From: a virus
Taxonomy: Duplodnaviria > Caudoviricetes
Length of the DNA: 64,000 nucleotides
IMG/VR virus record: IMGVR_UViG_3300028048_000113
Location: 1-64,000 of that record
Reading direction: 5' to 3' (one strand)
In this document: positions 29,141 to 38,326 of the stretch, piece by piece
How the letters are laid out: every line of letters starts with the position of its first letter
How positions within the stretch are numbered: the stretch's first letter is position 1
Position numbers and translations under genes: made by a program
The notes under the pieces: model-generated
What the model was told of the DNA's origin: nothing
Databases searched by the model: none
The model's input: only the letters and a program-made list of their open reading frames with translations

Positions 29141-29508
29141 TGGATATGTATAATCAGTTAAAAAAGACTGAAAAGGTACTTAGAGATTATGATAATCTAC
29201 GTTTTAAAGTAGATTTGATTATTCATAAGTATTTTGATAAGGACTTTAAAATAGATAGAATTTATTATGATGAAGGTTTTGGAACAATAGAGGTTCTTGG
29301 CTTTAATGATTATAAGCCAACTTATACTTTTCCTGCTGAGTGTTTATTTTTACCAAATGATGAGGTAGAAGAGGTAATACTAAAACATAAGAAAAAGGTA
29401 GAAGAATTTGATAAGCTTTTAAATGAAGCAGCTGATCTTATAGCAAAAACAGAAAAGCTATTAAAAGAAATGGATAATGAAGATGGAGAAGATGAGGTAA
29501 TAAAATGA
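29140..29508 (+). CDS. Hypothetical protein
   Basis: GAGGTG RBS, stop/start overlap. Confidence 0.55.
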   Translation: MDMYNQLKKTEKVLRDYDNLRFKVDLIIHKYFDKDFKIDRIYYDEGFGTIEVLGFNDYKPTYTFPAECLFLPNDEVEEVILKHKKKVEEFDKLLNEAADLIAKTEKLLKEMDNEDGEDEVIK

Positions 29509-29732
29509 CAGTTCAGGAATTAATTGATGAATTAGAAAAGATACCTAATAAACAACTCAAAGTAAAACTTGAGAATGGTATGTTGACTAAGATTGAACTT
29601 AAAGATATTAAGACTATGGATTCTTATGAAAAGATGGTAGTTTTATCTGATAGTAAAAATCCTAATGACTGGGCTGAACATATTAAGAATGGTACATTTA
29701 CTAAAGATTTCTTTGGTGGATTAAATTTATAA
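29505..29732 (+). CDS. Hypothetical phage protein
   Basis: MTVQELIDELEK start common in small phage proteins. Confidence 0.5.
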   Translation: MTVQELIDELEKIPNKQLKVKLENGMLTKIELKDIKTMDSYEKMVVLSDSKNPNDWAEHIKNGTFTKDFFGGLNL

Positions 29733-29743
29733 GGGGAAATAAA

Positions 29744-30490
29744 ATGAATATTGTAATTACAGCTGGTGGAACAACAGAACATATTGATGCAGTTAGAGGT
29801 ATTACTAATACAGGTACAGGAACCCTTGCTTCAATTATTGCTTCTGGTCTTCAGGAACAGGCTGAAGTAGAAAATATTTTTTACATTCATACTGCAAAGG
29901 CAAAGAAACCTGCTTCAGATGAAAAGATTATCTATATTGAGGCAGATGATACTAATTCAGTTGCAACTGCAGTTGAAAAGGTACTTAAGGAAAATAAGAT
30001 TGATTGGTTCATTCATGCAATGGCCATTTCTGATTACTATGTAGATTATGTAACTACAGCTCAAAAGATTACTGATTCTATTTCTCAGTTTGAGAATACT
30101 GGAATTACTAATATTATTCTTGAAGGAAAGAATAGATTGGATAATTCTAGAAAGCTTTCTTCTGATGAGGATAATCTTGTTGTAGTACTTAAGAAGACAC
30201 CTAAGATTATTGGCATGATTAAGAGACTTTCTCCTAATACAAAACTTATTGGTTTTAAGCTTCTCAATAATGTAACTGATGAAGAGCTTAGAAATGTAGC
30301 ATATAAGCTTCTTCTTAAGAATAACTGTGATTATGTTGTAGCCAATGACTCTTCTAAGATTACAGCTGACAAGCATGAGGCTATTTTTGTTAATAAGTCT
30401 GGTGATATTATTGGTAAGGTTTATGATAATAATCAGATTGCTGGAAGTATTGCCAATATTGTTATCTGGAATGAAAGAAAGACATATTAA
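29744..30490 (+). CDS. coaB: Phosphopantothenate-cysteine ligase (stand-alone CoaB)
   Basis: VITAGGTTEHIDAVRGITN.GTG, IHAMAISDY, PKII, LIGFKL, DYVVAN. Confidence 0.9.
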   Translation: MNIVITAGGTTEHIDAVRGITNTGTGTLASIIASGLQEQAEVENIFYIHTAKAKKPASDEKIIYIEADDTNSVATAVEKVLKENKIDWFIHAMAISDYYVDYVTTAQKITDSISQFENTGITNIILEGKNRLDNSRKLSSDEDNLVVVLKKTPKIIGMIKRLSPNTKLIGFKLLNNVTDEELRNVAYKLLLKNNCDYVVANDSSKITADKHEAIFVNKSGDIIGKVYDNNQIAGSIANIVIWNERKTY

Positions 30491-30595
30491 CATTAAATAA
30501 CAAAAGTTTTTCTTAATTAACTAAAAATCAGTTTACACACATATATTTAATATGATAAAATAACTTTAATCAAATAATAAAGGAGTCTACACCTG

Positions 30596-30655
30596 ATGTA
30601 TAATAATAGAATTCCACTTGATTGTCCAGCAGATGAAGATCCATTTGATTATTAA
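30596..30655 (+). CDS. 19-aa micropeptide
   Basis: Promoter TTTACA-N17-TAAAAT at 30532-30560, AAAGGAG RBS, MYNNRIPLDCPADEDPFDY*. Confidence 0.4.
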   Translation: MYNNRIPLDCPADEDPFDY

Positions 30656-30680
30656 GAAAGAAAGACTGAGGAAATTTTAA

Positions 30681-30926
30681 ATGTTGTATGGTGTTGAAAA
30701 GCTTAATTTGATCTATGATGACAATGAGGAGTATACAGTAGCTGGTGAAGTAGTTTGTATAGCAGATCTTGAACCTGATAATAGTTATGATATATTCAGA
30801 ATTATTAGTAGACTTACTAATGAACCACTTATTATCTTTAGCCCCTTGCTTGCAAAGACTGTCACAAAGGTCAAGAATAATCAAAAATATGTTACTCAAT
30901 ATAGGTTGACACCAATGACATGTTAA
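30681..30926 (+). CDS. Hypothetical protein
   Basis: GAGG RBS, 81 aa. Confidence 0.5.
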   Translation: MLYGVEKLNLIYDDNEEYTVAGEVVCIADLEPDNSYDIFRIISRLTNEPLIIFSPLLAKTVTKVKNNQKYVTQYRLTPMTC

Positions 30927-31079
30927 TGAAATAACCTAAAAATTGTAGTTATACATATATAACTTTTAATTATACTATTATAAAGGAGAGATGAAAAAAG
31001 TCTCTCCTTTTTTATTATTTAGTTTACTTAAAAAGTATAATAAATATAATAAATATAAGAAAAATGAAAGGAGCAGATC

Positions 31080-31259
31080 ATGATAAAATCATTTAAGTGT
31101 GATAGATGCGGAAAAGAATACAGCCCTTATGATAAAAGTGCTGCTAGTTCATCATTTGATCTATTAGAACTTAGTTGTATTTTTGAAACAGGAAAAGCCA
31201 CTCAGGATCTCTGTTATGATTGTTACAGAGAATTACAGGAGTGGTTTAATAATGATTGA
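31080..31259 (+). CDS. Small zinc-binding protein (59 aa)
   Basis: AAAGGAG RBS; CDRCG ... DLCYDC. Confidence 0.6.
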   Translation: MIKSFKCDRCGKEYSPYDKSAASSSFDLLELSCIFETGKATQDLCYDCYRELQEWFNND

Positions 31260-31273
31260 GATAAGGAGTTATA

Positions 31274-31777
31274 ATGATTAGTATAGACGATTCATTAAAA
31301 GACGTAAATGATATTTACAAGCAGTTAATGCCTTTAGTAGATGATGTAGTGTCAAAGAATACTAAAGAAGTCGACGCTATTTTCAAAAATATCAAAAAAG
31401 ATCTTACTAATCTTACTAATAAGGAGTTGCAAGATTACATGTTGCAACTAACGGTCGAAGCATATTATCTGACCAGTATTAAAGATTCAAGTACACTTAA
31501 GCAAGAGTGTGCTTTAACTTTGTTAAAAACAGGTCAAGCGAATATATTTAATGGAACAGCCGGAACGCAGAACGCTAGAAACAATCAGGCAATAGTAGAC
31601 ACGTTAGATAAGCAAGTTGTTAATGTATTATACAATGCAATAACAAATAGATTTAAGTCAAAACTGGATGAAATTCATAGAATGATAAATGTACTCAGTA
31701 ATGTCCTCATTAGTAAGAATGCGGAAGCAAAATTACGAGGGGGAATTAAAGATGATACACACAGTGACGACATTTGA
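31274..31777 (+). CDS. Hypothetical helical protein upstream of recA
   Basis: AAGGAG RBS, 167 aa. Confidence 0.6.
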   Translation: MISIDDSLKDVNDIYKQLMPLVDDVVSKNTKEVDAIFKNIKKDLTNLTNKELQDYMLQLTVEAYYLTSIKDSSTLKQECALTLLKTGQANIFNGTAGTQNARNNQAIVDTLDKQVVNVLYNAITNRFKSKLDEIHRMINVLSNVLISKNAEAKLRGGIKDDTHSDDI

Positions 31778-32075
31778 GAAGATTACAAAGATCGAACGAG
31801 ATAGTAAAGGCATTTATATTCTACCTTTTCCAGAATTTGGAAAAATACATTGTGCGGGATATTATACATCGGTAGAAGACGCAATCAATTTTATGAATGC
31901 CAATTCAGAAATATTACATGATACAACCAATGATTATTGTATTATAGAAGAATATGATGAAGGCCTCTTTTCAACCACAAAGAACCGTTATCTTTATAAA
32001 TGGAATAATGATCGGTTTGAACAGATTGATGAACCCATTTCATTAAATAAAGTTACAAATTTTGCAATGGGTTAA
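31752..32075 (+). CDS. Hypothetical phage protein
   Basis: GAGGGG RBS favours ATG 31752. Confidence 0.55.
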   Translation: MIHTVTTFEKITKIERDSKGIYILPFPEFGKIHCAGYYTSVEDAINFMNANSEILHDTTNDYCIIEEYDEGLFSTTKNRYLYKWNNDRFEQIDEPISLNKVTNFAMG

Positions 32076-32095
32076 GTGAAAGGCTATTTAATTAT
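32076..32095 (+). promoter_or_regulatory. Conserved 20-bp motif, copy 1 (before recA)
   Basis: GTGAAAGGCTATTTAATTAT, identical to 45027-45046. Confidence 0.7.
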
Positions 32096-32157
32096 ATATG
32101 TAATGTTTAGTGTTTTTTATTATGTTTATTAAATTAGAAAGGAATATATTTTAAATT

Positions 32158-33378
32158 ATGAGTAGTGTACTAGACATTGCCAAGTCAATCAATAAGGCTT
32201 GGAAATCAGATGTTTTAACATCTGCAGACCTCATTCCTGAGTGTCAAAGATTTTCAATGGGAACCCTTTCAGCAGATTATGCTTTGTACGGTGGTCTCCC
32301 TGAAGGTAAGTTAATTGTTTATGCTGGTGAATCCGGATCCTGTAAGTCACTTTTGGCTACATTGGCTATGGCACAGTATCAGAAGGAACATCCAGACAGA
32401 ACTTGTATCTACGTTGATGCAGAGGAAACACTTAGAGGTCAGCTTGATTGGTTTGTAAAGATGACCGGTCTCAATACCTCACCTGAGCAATTTGTAAGAT
32501 ATGACTGTGCTGGTAAGTCAGCGGAGGAAATCTTCAAGGATCTTATTGCAATTCAGGAAGCAGACAATATTGGTATGATTATTATTGACTCAGCACCAAT
32601 GCTTCTTTCTCAGGCGGATATTGATAATGATATTGACAAGGATAATGGTCAGAGAGCTTCAATTGCTAAGTCAATGGGTAAGTTCCTTAAGTTCATGATC
32701 CCTGCAATTGCAAAGAAGGGAAATCCTCTTCTTGTTATTAACCATACCAGAGTTGCTGGTAAGACATTTACAGGTGCTACAATTTATACTGAGCCTTGTG
32801 GATATGCTCTTAACTACTACCCTACAATCAAGGTAAGATTTGGTAGTAGAAAGTTCACCAAGGGTGATAAGATTGATGTATCTGCTTCTCAGACAGATGC
32901 TGATACAGATGGACTTTGTGCAACATTCTCAGTTACAAAGAACAGACTTGGACCTCTTAATAGAAATGGTGCAAAGATTATTTTTAGATATGATACAGGT
33001 CTTGATACTTTAACTGACCTTATTGAAATTATCACAAAGTATGAGATTGCAAAGAGACTTTCTACAGTTTCTTGGCAGTTAGTAATTCCTGGAACTGATA
33101 CACCTTATACAGATGAGACAGGTGCTCCTCTTACTTTTGCTGGTAAGGCTAAGATGATTGACTATATTAAGGAAAATCCAGAGTTTAGAGCAGAGTATGA
33201 AAAGGCAGTTTCAGACTTTATTAACAAGGCTGGAAAAGACATTTCTCTTATTGATGAAGATGACCTTGCTGAAATCATGGCAGCTGAAAAGGGTGTCGAG
33301 GAAACTATCAAGAAGGGTATTGAAGAGGAGCAGGAATCTGCTTCAAAGGAAAAGTCAGATAAGGCTGATGAAGAGTAA
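32158..33378 (+). CDS. recA: RecA-family recombinase
   Basis: SMGTLSADYALYGGLPEG, GESGSCKS, YVDAEE, IIIDS, INH, TKNRLGP. Confidence 0.9.
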   Translation: MSSVLDIAKSINKAWKSDVLTSADLIPECQRFSMGTLSADYALYGGLPEGKLIVYAGESGSCKSLLATLAMAQYQKEHPDRTCIYVDAEETLRGQLDWFVKMTGLNTSPEQFVRYDCAGKSAEEIFKDLIAIQEADNIGMIIIDSAPMLLSQADIDNDIDKDNGQRASIAKSMGKFLKFMIPAIAKKGNPLLVINHTRVAGKTFTGATIYTEPCGYALNYYPTIKVRFGSRKFTKGDKIDVSASQTDADTDGLCATFSVTKNRLGPLNRNGAKIIFRYDTGLDTLTDLIEIITKYEIAKRLSTVSWQLVIPGTDTPYTDETGAPLTFAGKAKMIDYIKENPEFRAEYEKAVSDFINKAGKDISLIDEDDLAEIMAAEKGVEETIKKGIEEEQESASKEKSDKADEE

Positions 33379-33424
33379 TTAAATGTGGGCTAGGTGTAAT
33401 AGCCTAGCCCATTTATTAAAACTT

Positions 33425-33844
33425 ATGAGACTAAAAAGAGACAGTTTAAACACAGAAAATTCAATGAGAATGCATCGAGATGATGGCACAAAGAAACCAA
33501 CTCGATACTATTCTGACAAACAAGAAAAGTCAATTGCAAAAGCAATTGGTGCCAAGCAAACCAAAAATTCTGGAGCAACTGCATATCAAAAAGGTGATGT
33601 TCTAGATGATAATTGGTTGATAGAGGCAAAGACTTGTACTAAAGATCAAAAATCTTTTAGTATGCAAGAAGAGTGGTTCGATAAAAATAGGTCTGAATCT
33701 ATTTTTATGAAGAAAGACTACACTGCAGTAGTATTTAACTTTGGACCGGGAAAAAGGAATTATTATTGTGTAGATGAAAGCACTTTCTTAGAAATGAAAG
33801 AGGCTTTGGAGGAAAAGAGACGAAATGACATGCAAGATATGTAA
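33425..33844 (+). CDS. Holliday-junction-resolvase-like PD-(D/E)xK nuclease
   Basis: QEK.IAK, NSGA...KGDV...LIEAKT; start uncertain (33425 or 33464). Confidence 0.65.
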   Translation: MRLKRDSLNTENSMRMHRDDGTKKPTRYYSDKQEKSIAKAIGAKQTKNSGATAYQKGDVLDDNWLIEAKTCTKDQKSFSMQEEWFDKNRSESIFMKKDYTAVVFNFGPGKRNYYCVDESTFLEMKEALEEKRRNDMQDM

Positions 33845-34097
33845 TGAAAACTTTACCACAATGCAAGGTATAAGTGCTCATATAAAAAGAGTGCATAAAA
33901 TTGAATCTCAAACTTATTATGATAAGTATTTTAAAGCTCCTGCTGAAGGAGTTTGTTCTATTTGTGGGAAACCTACAAGGTATATTGGTTTGTCTCAGGG
34001 TTACATGAGATGTTGTAATGATTGTAAGACTATAAAAGGATTACAGACGAGACAAAGGGTATGCACAAAATATACTACAGGGGAGAACAAAAAATGA
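33825..34097 (+). CDS. Zinc-finger protein (C2H2 plus CxxC)
   Basis: CKIC...HIKRVH and CSICGK...CCNDC. Confidence 0.6.
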   Translation: MTCKICNENFTTMQGISAHIKRVHKIESQTYYDKYFKAPAEGVCSICGKPTRYIGLSQGYMRCCNDCKTIKGLQTRQRVCTKYTTGENKK

Positions 34098-34142
34098 TTA
34101 AAAAGGATATTTATACAGCTTATGTTTTAGAATACAGAGAGT

Positions 34143-34703
34143 ATGAAAACTAAGGAACTTGTTGAAGGAATTTTATATATGAACCCAACTCTAGAATTAT
34201 TATTCAGAGCGGCACATATAACAAATAATGAAGATAGAAACTGGAAGCCTGTTGAACACAATGAGATCGGGTTTATTCATAAGTTTACTGATCCTAAGTT
34301 TGTAGTAATAGTGGAGACACAAATACATGTATTTATATTTGGAGATCCTTATACAGATGAATTTGGTAATGAAAGAGGCTTTCACGTTTACATTATAGAA
34401 GGACCTAATTGTAAACATACAGCTGTAGACAAAAAGAAACTAATAGATGAAGTAAAATTATTAACAAGTCAAGAAAGATTTTTACCTGAAGGTTATATGA
34501 ATCGTATAATATATATGGATGCTCATGGTTTATTATACATATTCAATAAGTCAGATGGTAAAAGTAACTTCTTTAGTAAGTCAACTTGGACGTATGGAAC
34601 TGATATTTATAAAGTAGAACCTAATAATCAAGAACCAATGAGTGCTGAAAAGATTTTAAAGGAATGTTATACACAAGTTGAGGATTATTACAGAACAGAA
34701 TGA
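34143..34703 (+). CDS. Hypothetical protein
   Basis: 186 aa ORF. Confidence 0.5.
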   Translation: MKTKELVEGILYMNPTLELLFRAAHITNNEDRNWKPVEHNEIGFIHKFTDPKFVVIVETQIHVFIFGDPYTDEFGNERGFHVYIIEGPNCKHTAVDKKKLIDEVKLLTSQERFLPEGYMNRIIYMDAHGLLYIFNKSDGKSNFFSKSTWTYGTDIYKVEPNNQEPMSAEKILKECYTQVEDYYRTE

Positions 34704-34739
34704 AAACATACATACATATAGAGAATAAGGAGACTAAAG

Positions 34740-35084
34740 ATGAGTAAAAGAGGTACTAATGACCAGCAACATATAATGGATGCTTTAGATAGAGGCGATT
34801 ATGAGTACGTTTGGGAAAAAGTAAAGTATGTTGGCTACAAAAAAGTAGTGAGCATCAATGAAAGATACTTAATCTTCTATGACATTGTAGCTGATTTTGA
34901 AACAGAAAAGAATAATAACTTCATTAAATATTATTTGAATCATATTGGTTATGCATCAAATAATAGCAGAAATTCAAAGATTACACAGTCAAGAGGAGTA
35001 CTTGACAGATGCAAAAGAGAATACATTTCTCCTACTGAATGCAATGGTTATCCAATTGCAAAAGATATGAGAAAGTGGCATTAA
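34740..35084 (+). CDS. Hypothetical protein
   Basis: AAGGAG RBS, 114 aa. Confidence 0.55.
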   Translation: MSKRGTNDQQHIMDALDRGDYEYVWEKVKYVGYKKVVSINERYLIFYDIVADFETEKNNNFIKYYLNHIGYASNNSRNSKITQSRGVLDRCKREYISPTECNGYPIAKDMRKWH

Positions 35085-35109
35085 TCTTTTTGTGAAGGGA
35101 AATTAAACA

Positions 35110-35652
35110 ATGAAAAATATAGTAAGATTAGCTGGTAAAAAAATTGATCTCTGTGTTTTTAGAACAGATCCAGAGGCAATTGAATTATATACCAAATGGA
35201 TAAATGACAAATCTATCAATATGTGGGTTGGTCATAATGTTGTGTGTCAAAGTTTTAGTGAAACTGAAGATTGGGCAAAAAGTGATAAGAGTAAGATAAG
35301 ATTTAATATAGTCAACAAGGAAGGTAAACTTGTTGGTAATTGTGATTGTGGAAGAAGACATTATGCTTCATTTAATACTGTTGGTTTAGGTATTTATATT
35401 GGTGAAGCTGATGGTAGAAATAAGGGTTATGGAACTGAAGCTATCAAAATGTTAGTCAAGTTTGCTTTTACTGAATTAAATGCTCATAGAGTTACACTTA
35501 ATGTAGTTGCTGATAATGTTAGAGCAATTAAGTGTTATACTAAAGCTGGTTTTACTCAAAATGGTGTAGCACATGATGAAGTCTACTATAATGGAAAATT
35601 TCATGATTTAATTTCAATGGAAATTTTAAGAGATAACTGGGAGGAAGAGTAA
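35110..35652 (+). CDS. GNAT acetyltransferase, RimJ/RimL family
   Basis: LGIYIGE...NKGYGTEA, LNAHRVTLNV..DNVRAIKCY.KAGF. Confidence 0.85.
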   Translation: MKNIVRLAGKKIDLCVFRTDPEAIELYTKWINDKSINMWVGHNVVCQSFSETEDWAKSDKSKIRFNIVNKEGKLVGNCDCGRRHYASFNTVGLGIYIGEADGRNKGYGTEAIKMLVKFAFTELNAHRVTLNVVADNVRAIKCYTKAGFTQNGVAHDEVYYNGKFHDLISMEILRDNWEEE

Positions 35653-35653
35653 C

Positions 35654-36379
35654 ATGTTATTAAAGACTCAAGGCATAAGAAAAATGTTCACAATGCCAGT
35701 GGATGTTTTGAATGATAATAGACTCTCAATTGGAGCAAAAGGTCTTTACACTCAGATATTATATAGTAATGATGATATTTGCAGTCTTGAAGATTTAACT
35801 AAACTCTCAACAACTCCTATTGAAGAATTAAAGTCATATTTTGAAGAACTCACAACTGTTGGTTATATTGAAATGAATAACAAGCAGGCTAAACTTAAAA
35901 ATACTGCTCCTAAGACAGTTGAAAATGTAGAGGAAAAAGTAAAGGAAGCTAAAGAGTATGCAGAAACAACTCAAGCTCCTAAACTTAGTATATACGATAA
36001 GATTAAGATGATAATTGAAAGTTATACAGATCTTAGTACTAGTGTACAAAATCTTTTACTTGTTTATTTCACAAAGAGATTGAACAAGGAAGGTAGATTT
36101 GCAACCTCAGATGATCTTCATGCCAATCAGGTTAGAGCAATGATTGGAGAATTGGTTAGCTTCCATCTTAGTGAGGAAGATGAACTTAAATGCATCCAGC
36201 AAAGTATTGATAAGCAATGGTTTAAGTTTGTACCTAATATTCCAGTTGCTACTGATAATAAAGCACCTAGATTTGATAAGTCTAAGTTGGTTAGTGGATC
36301 TTATACTTTAGATGATATTGCAGAAATTAAAAAGAAAGCAGAGGCTTTAGAGGCTTCTGGAGAGCAAGGAGTATTCTAA
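35654..36379 (+). CDS. Replication initiator / replisome organiser with N-terminal wHTH
   Basis: FT.P..VLND.RLSIGAKGLY...EL...GYI; directly upstream of dnaC-dnaB-primase. Confidence 0.6.
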   Translation: MLLKTQGIRKMFTMPVDVLNDNRLSIGAKGLYTQILYSNDDICSLEDLTKLSTTPIEELKSYFEELTTVGYIEMNNKQAKLKNTAPKTVENVEEKVKEAKEYAETTQAPKLSIYDKIKMIIESYTDLSTSVQNLLLVYFTKRLNKEGRFATSDDLHANQVRAMIGELVSFHLSEEDELKCIQQSIDKQWFKFVPNIPVATDNKAPRFDKSKLVSGSYTLDDIAEIKKKAEALEASGEQGVF

Positions 36380-36380
36380 T

Positions 36381-37043
36381 ATGAAAGTAAAAGATTGTAT
36401 TTATAGAGACAAGTGTACACACAAACCTTGTTCTGAATCTTGCATAAGATATATTCAAATGCAGAGATTACTTGAACTTAGTAATCTTCCTGTAAAATAT
36501 CAAAAGCCTATCAAGATCATAAGTGTTGATGAAGATAGAGCAGAATATATCAAGTTGGCAAATATCAAAGATGATATTGTTAACTGGGTAGGAAAAGGTA
36601 AGAACTTATATATTTGTTCTTCAACTTGTGGTAATGCAAAGACAAGTTGGGGAGTAAAGTTAATGTTAAATTATTTTGATAAAACATGGCATAATAGTTA
36701 TGATATAACTAGAGGCCTTTATATACATGTTCCTACACTTCTTTTGGATATTAAGAATTTTGGAAGCATTCCTGAATATGTTAATAGAATTAAAGAAGCT
36801 GATTTGGTTATTTGGGACGACATTGCATTTTCAAAGTTAACTGAATATGAACATGAACAATTATTACAGTTTATTGATAATAGAATGGCAAATGGTTTAA
36901 GTAATATCTACACAAGTAATATTACAAACTCAGAAGAACTTGCTGGTTATATTGGAAATAGATTGTCAAGTAGAATTTATAGTAATTCAGAAGTTATAGA
37001 ATTCAAAGCAGGTGACTGGAGAGTTGGAGGTAAATTAGAATGA
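36381..37043 (+). CDS. DnaC/IstB-like helicase loader ATPase
   Basis: N-terminal Cys cluster, variant Walker A CGNAKTS, Walker B LVIWDD, YTSN, RLSSRI. Confidence 0.8.
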   Translation: MKVKDCIYRDKCTHKPCSESCIRYIQMQRLLELSNLPVKYQKPIKIISVDEDRAEYIKLANIKDDIVNWVGKGKNLYICSSTCGNAKTSWGVKLMLNYFDKTWHNSYDITRGLYIHVPTLLLDIKNFGSIPEYVNRIKEADLVIWDDIAFSKLTEYEHEQLLQFIDNRMANGLSNIYTSNITNSEELAGYIGNRLSSRIYSNSEVIEFKAGDWRVGGKLE

Positions 37044-38326
37044 TACAATTACAAGCTTTAAACTATATTTTGAAAAATCACGACTCTGACTTATTAATGA
37101 CTTATGGTCCTGAGTATTTCTTTAATTATACAAAAGAATATGATGCCATAAAGCAACATTATCTTAAGTACAAGACAGTACCTGATGCAGTTTCAGTTCT
37201 CGAAAAAGTTCCTGATTTTCAGATTATTGATACGAACGAATCTAAAAAGTATATCGAAGAGAAGCTTTTTGAAGAGTTTGTTTATAAAAGAACAAGAGAA
37301 ATCATGAGCGACAAGAAAGACTTATTCAAGTCTGATGCAGTTAGAGCAAAAAATGAAATGATTGCTGAGTTACAGAACATGCATCCACCTAGAAGCAGTT
37401 ATGGTACAAACATTGTCGCTAATGCTCAGGAAAGATATGAGAAACTCATTAGTACCTTAGCATCTCCTAATGCAGACAAGTTTAGTACAGGACTTCCTGA
37501 ATTGGATATGAAACTTGGTGGAGGAATGCATAGAGGTGAAGAAGTAATTGTTGTATTTGCTAGAACCAACAATGCTAAAACCTGGATTGCAGAAAAGTTT
37601 GCAGTATCAGTTTGGGCAGAAGGAAACAATGTTGGATTCTTCTCACCTGAGATGACAGCTACCTCAATTGGTTATAGATTTGATACCTTGTTTAAGAATT
37701 TCAATAATAAAGGAATTCAGGGTAGTGATATAACATACAATACAGATAAGTATAAGACATATATTGGTCAGTTATCTAAGAACAAAACAGTCTTTAGTGT
37801 AACATCACCTCTTGACTTTGATAGAGAAGTTACTGTAACTAAGTTGAAAAAGTGGGTTACAGATTTGGACCTTAAAATGTTAGTTATTGATGGTTTAACA
37901 TATCTCCATGATGAAAAGGGCAATGGCCATCAGAATGAAACACAGAGACTTACAGATATATCAGAAGACCTTATGACATTGTCAAATGAACTTAGCATCC
38001 CTGTTGTTGTAGTTGTACAGGCAAACAGAGAAGGTGCTAGAGATGCAAATGGTGAAGTCAATAATGATACACCTGAAATTGATACAATTCGTGGTTCTGA
38101 TGGTATTTCTCACAATGCATCAAGAGTTATCTCAGTAAGATGCAAAGATAATATCTTAACACTTTACCTTAATAAGAACCGTTATGGTGAAGTAAATGTC
38201 AAGTTAATCTATAAGTATGACATCAATGAAGGTAAGTTTACCTACATAGCAAATCCTAAAGATGGCTTAAATATTGATGCTGATGCAATAAGAGATGAAT
38301 TTAAAGATAATACAGAGAATTTCTAA
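37040..38326 (+). CDS. dnaB: Replicative DNA helicase, DnaB family
   Basis: TGLPELD...GG, ARTNNAKT, FFSPEM, VIDGLTYL, QANR, SDGISHNA, NKNRYG. Confidence 0.85.
   Translation: MIQLQALNYILKNHDSDLLMTYGPEYFFNYTKEYDAIKQHYLKYKTVPDAVSVLEKVPDFQIIDTNESKKYIEEKLFEEFVYKRTREIMSDKKDLFKSDAVRAKNEMIAELQNMHPPRSSYGTNIVANAQERYEKLISTLASPNADKFSTGLPELDMKLGGGMHRGEEVIVVFARTNNAKTWIAEKFAVSVWAEGNNVGFFSPEMTATSIGYRFDTLFKNFNNKGIQGSDITYNTDKYKTYIGQLSKNKTVFSVTSPLDFDREVTVTKLKKWVTDLDLKMLVIDGLTYLHDEKGNGHQNETQRLTDISEDLMTLSNELSIPVVVVVQANREGARDANGEVNNDTPEIDTIRGSDGISHNASRVISVRCKDNILTLYLNKNRYGEVNVKLIYKYDINEGKFTYIANPKDGLNIDADAIRDEFKDNTENF

Noticed and set aside
30983-31082. AGGAG-ATG inside the hairpin at 30983-31012 opening a ~30-codon ORF
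   Set aside because: The SD is the left arm of a terminator and the ORF is low-complexity; likely chance
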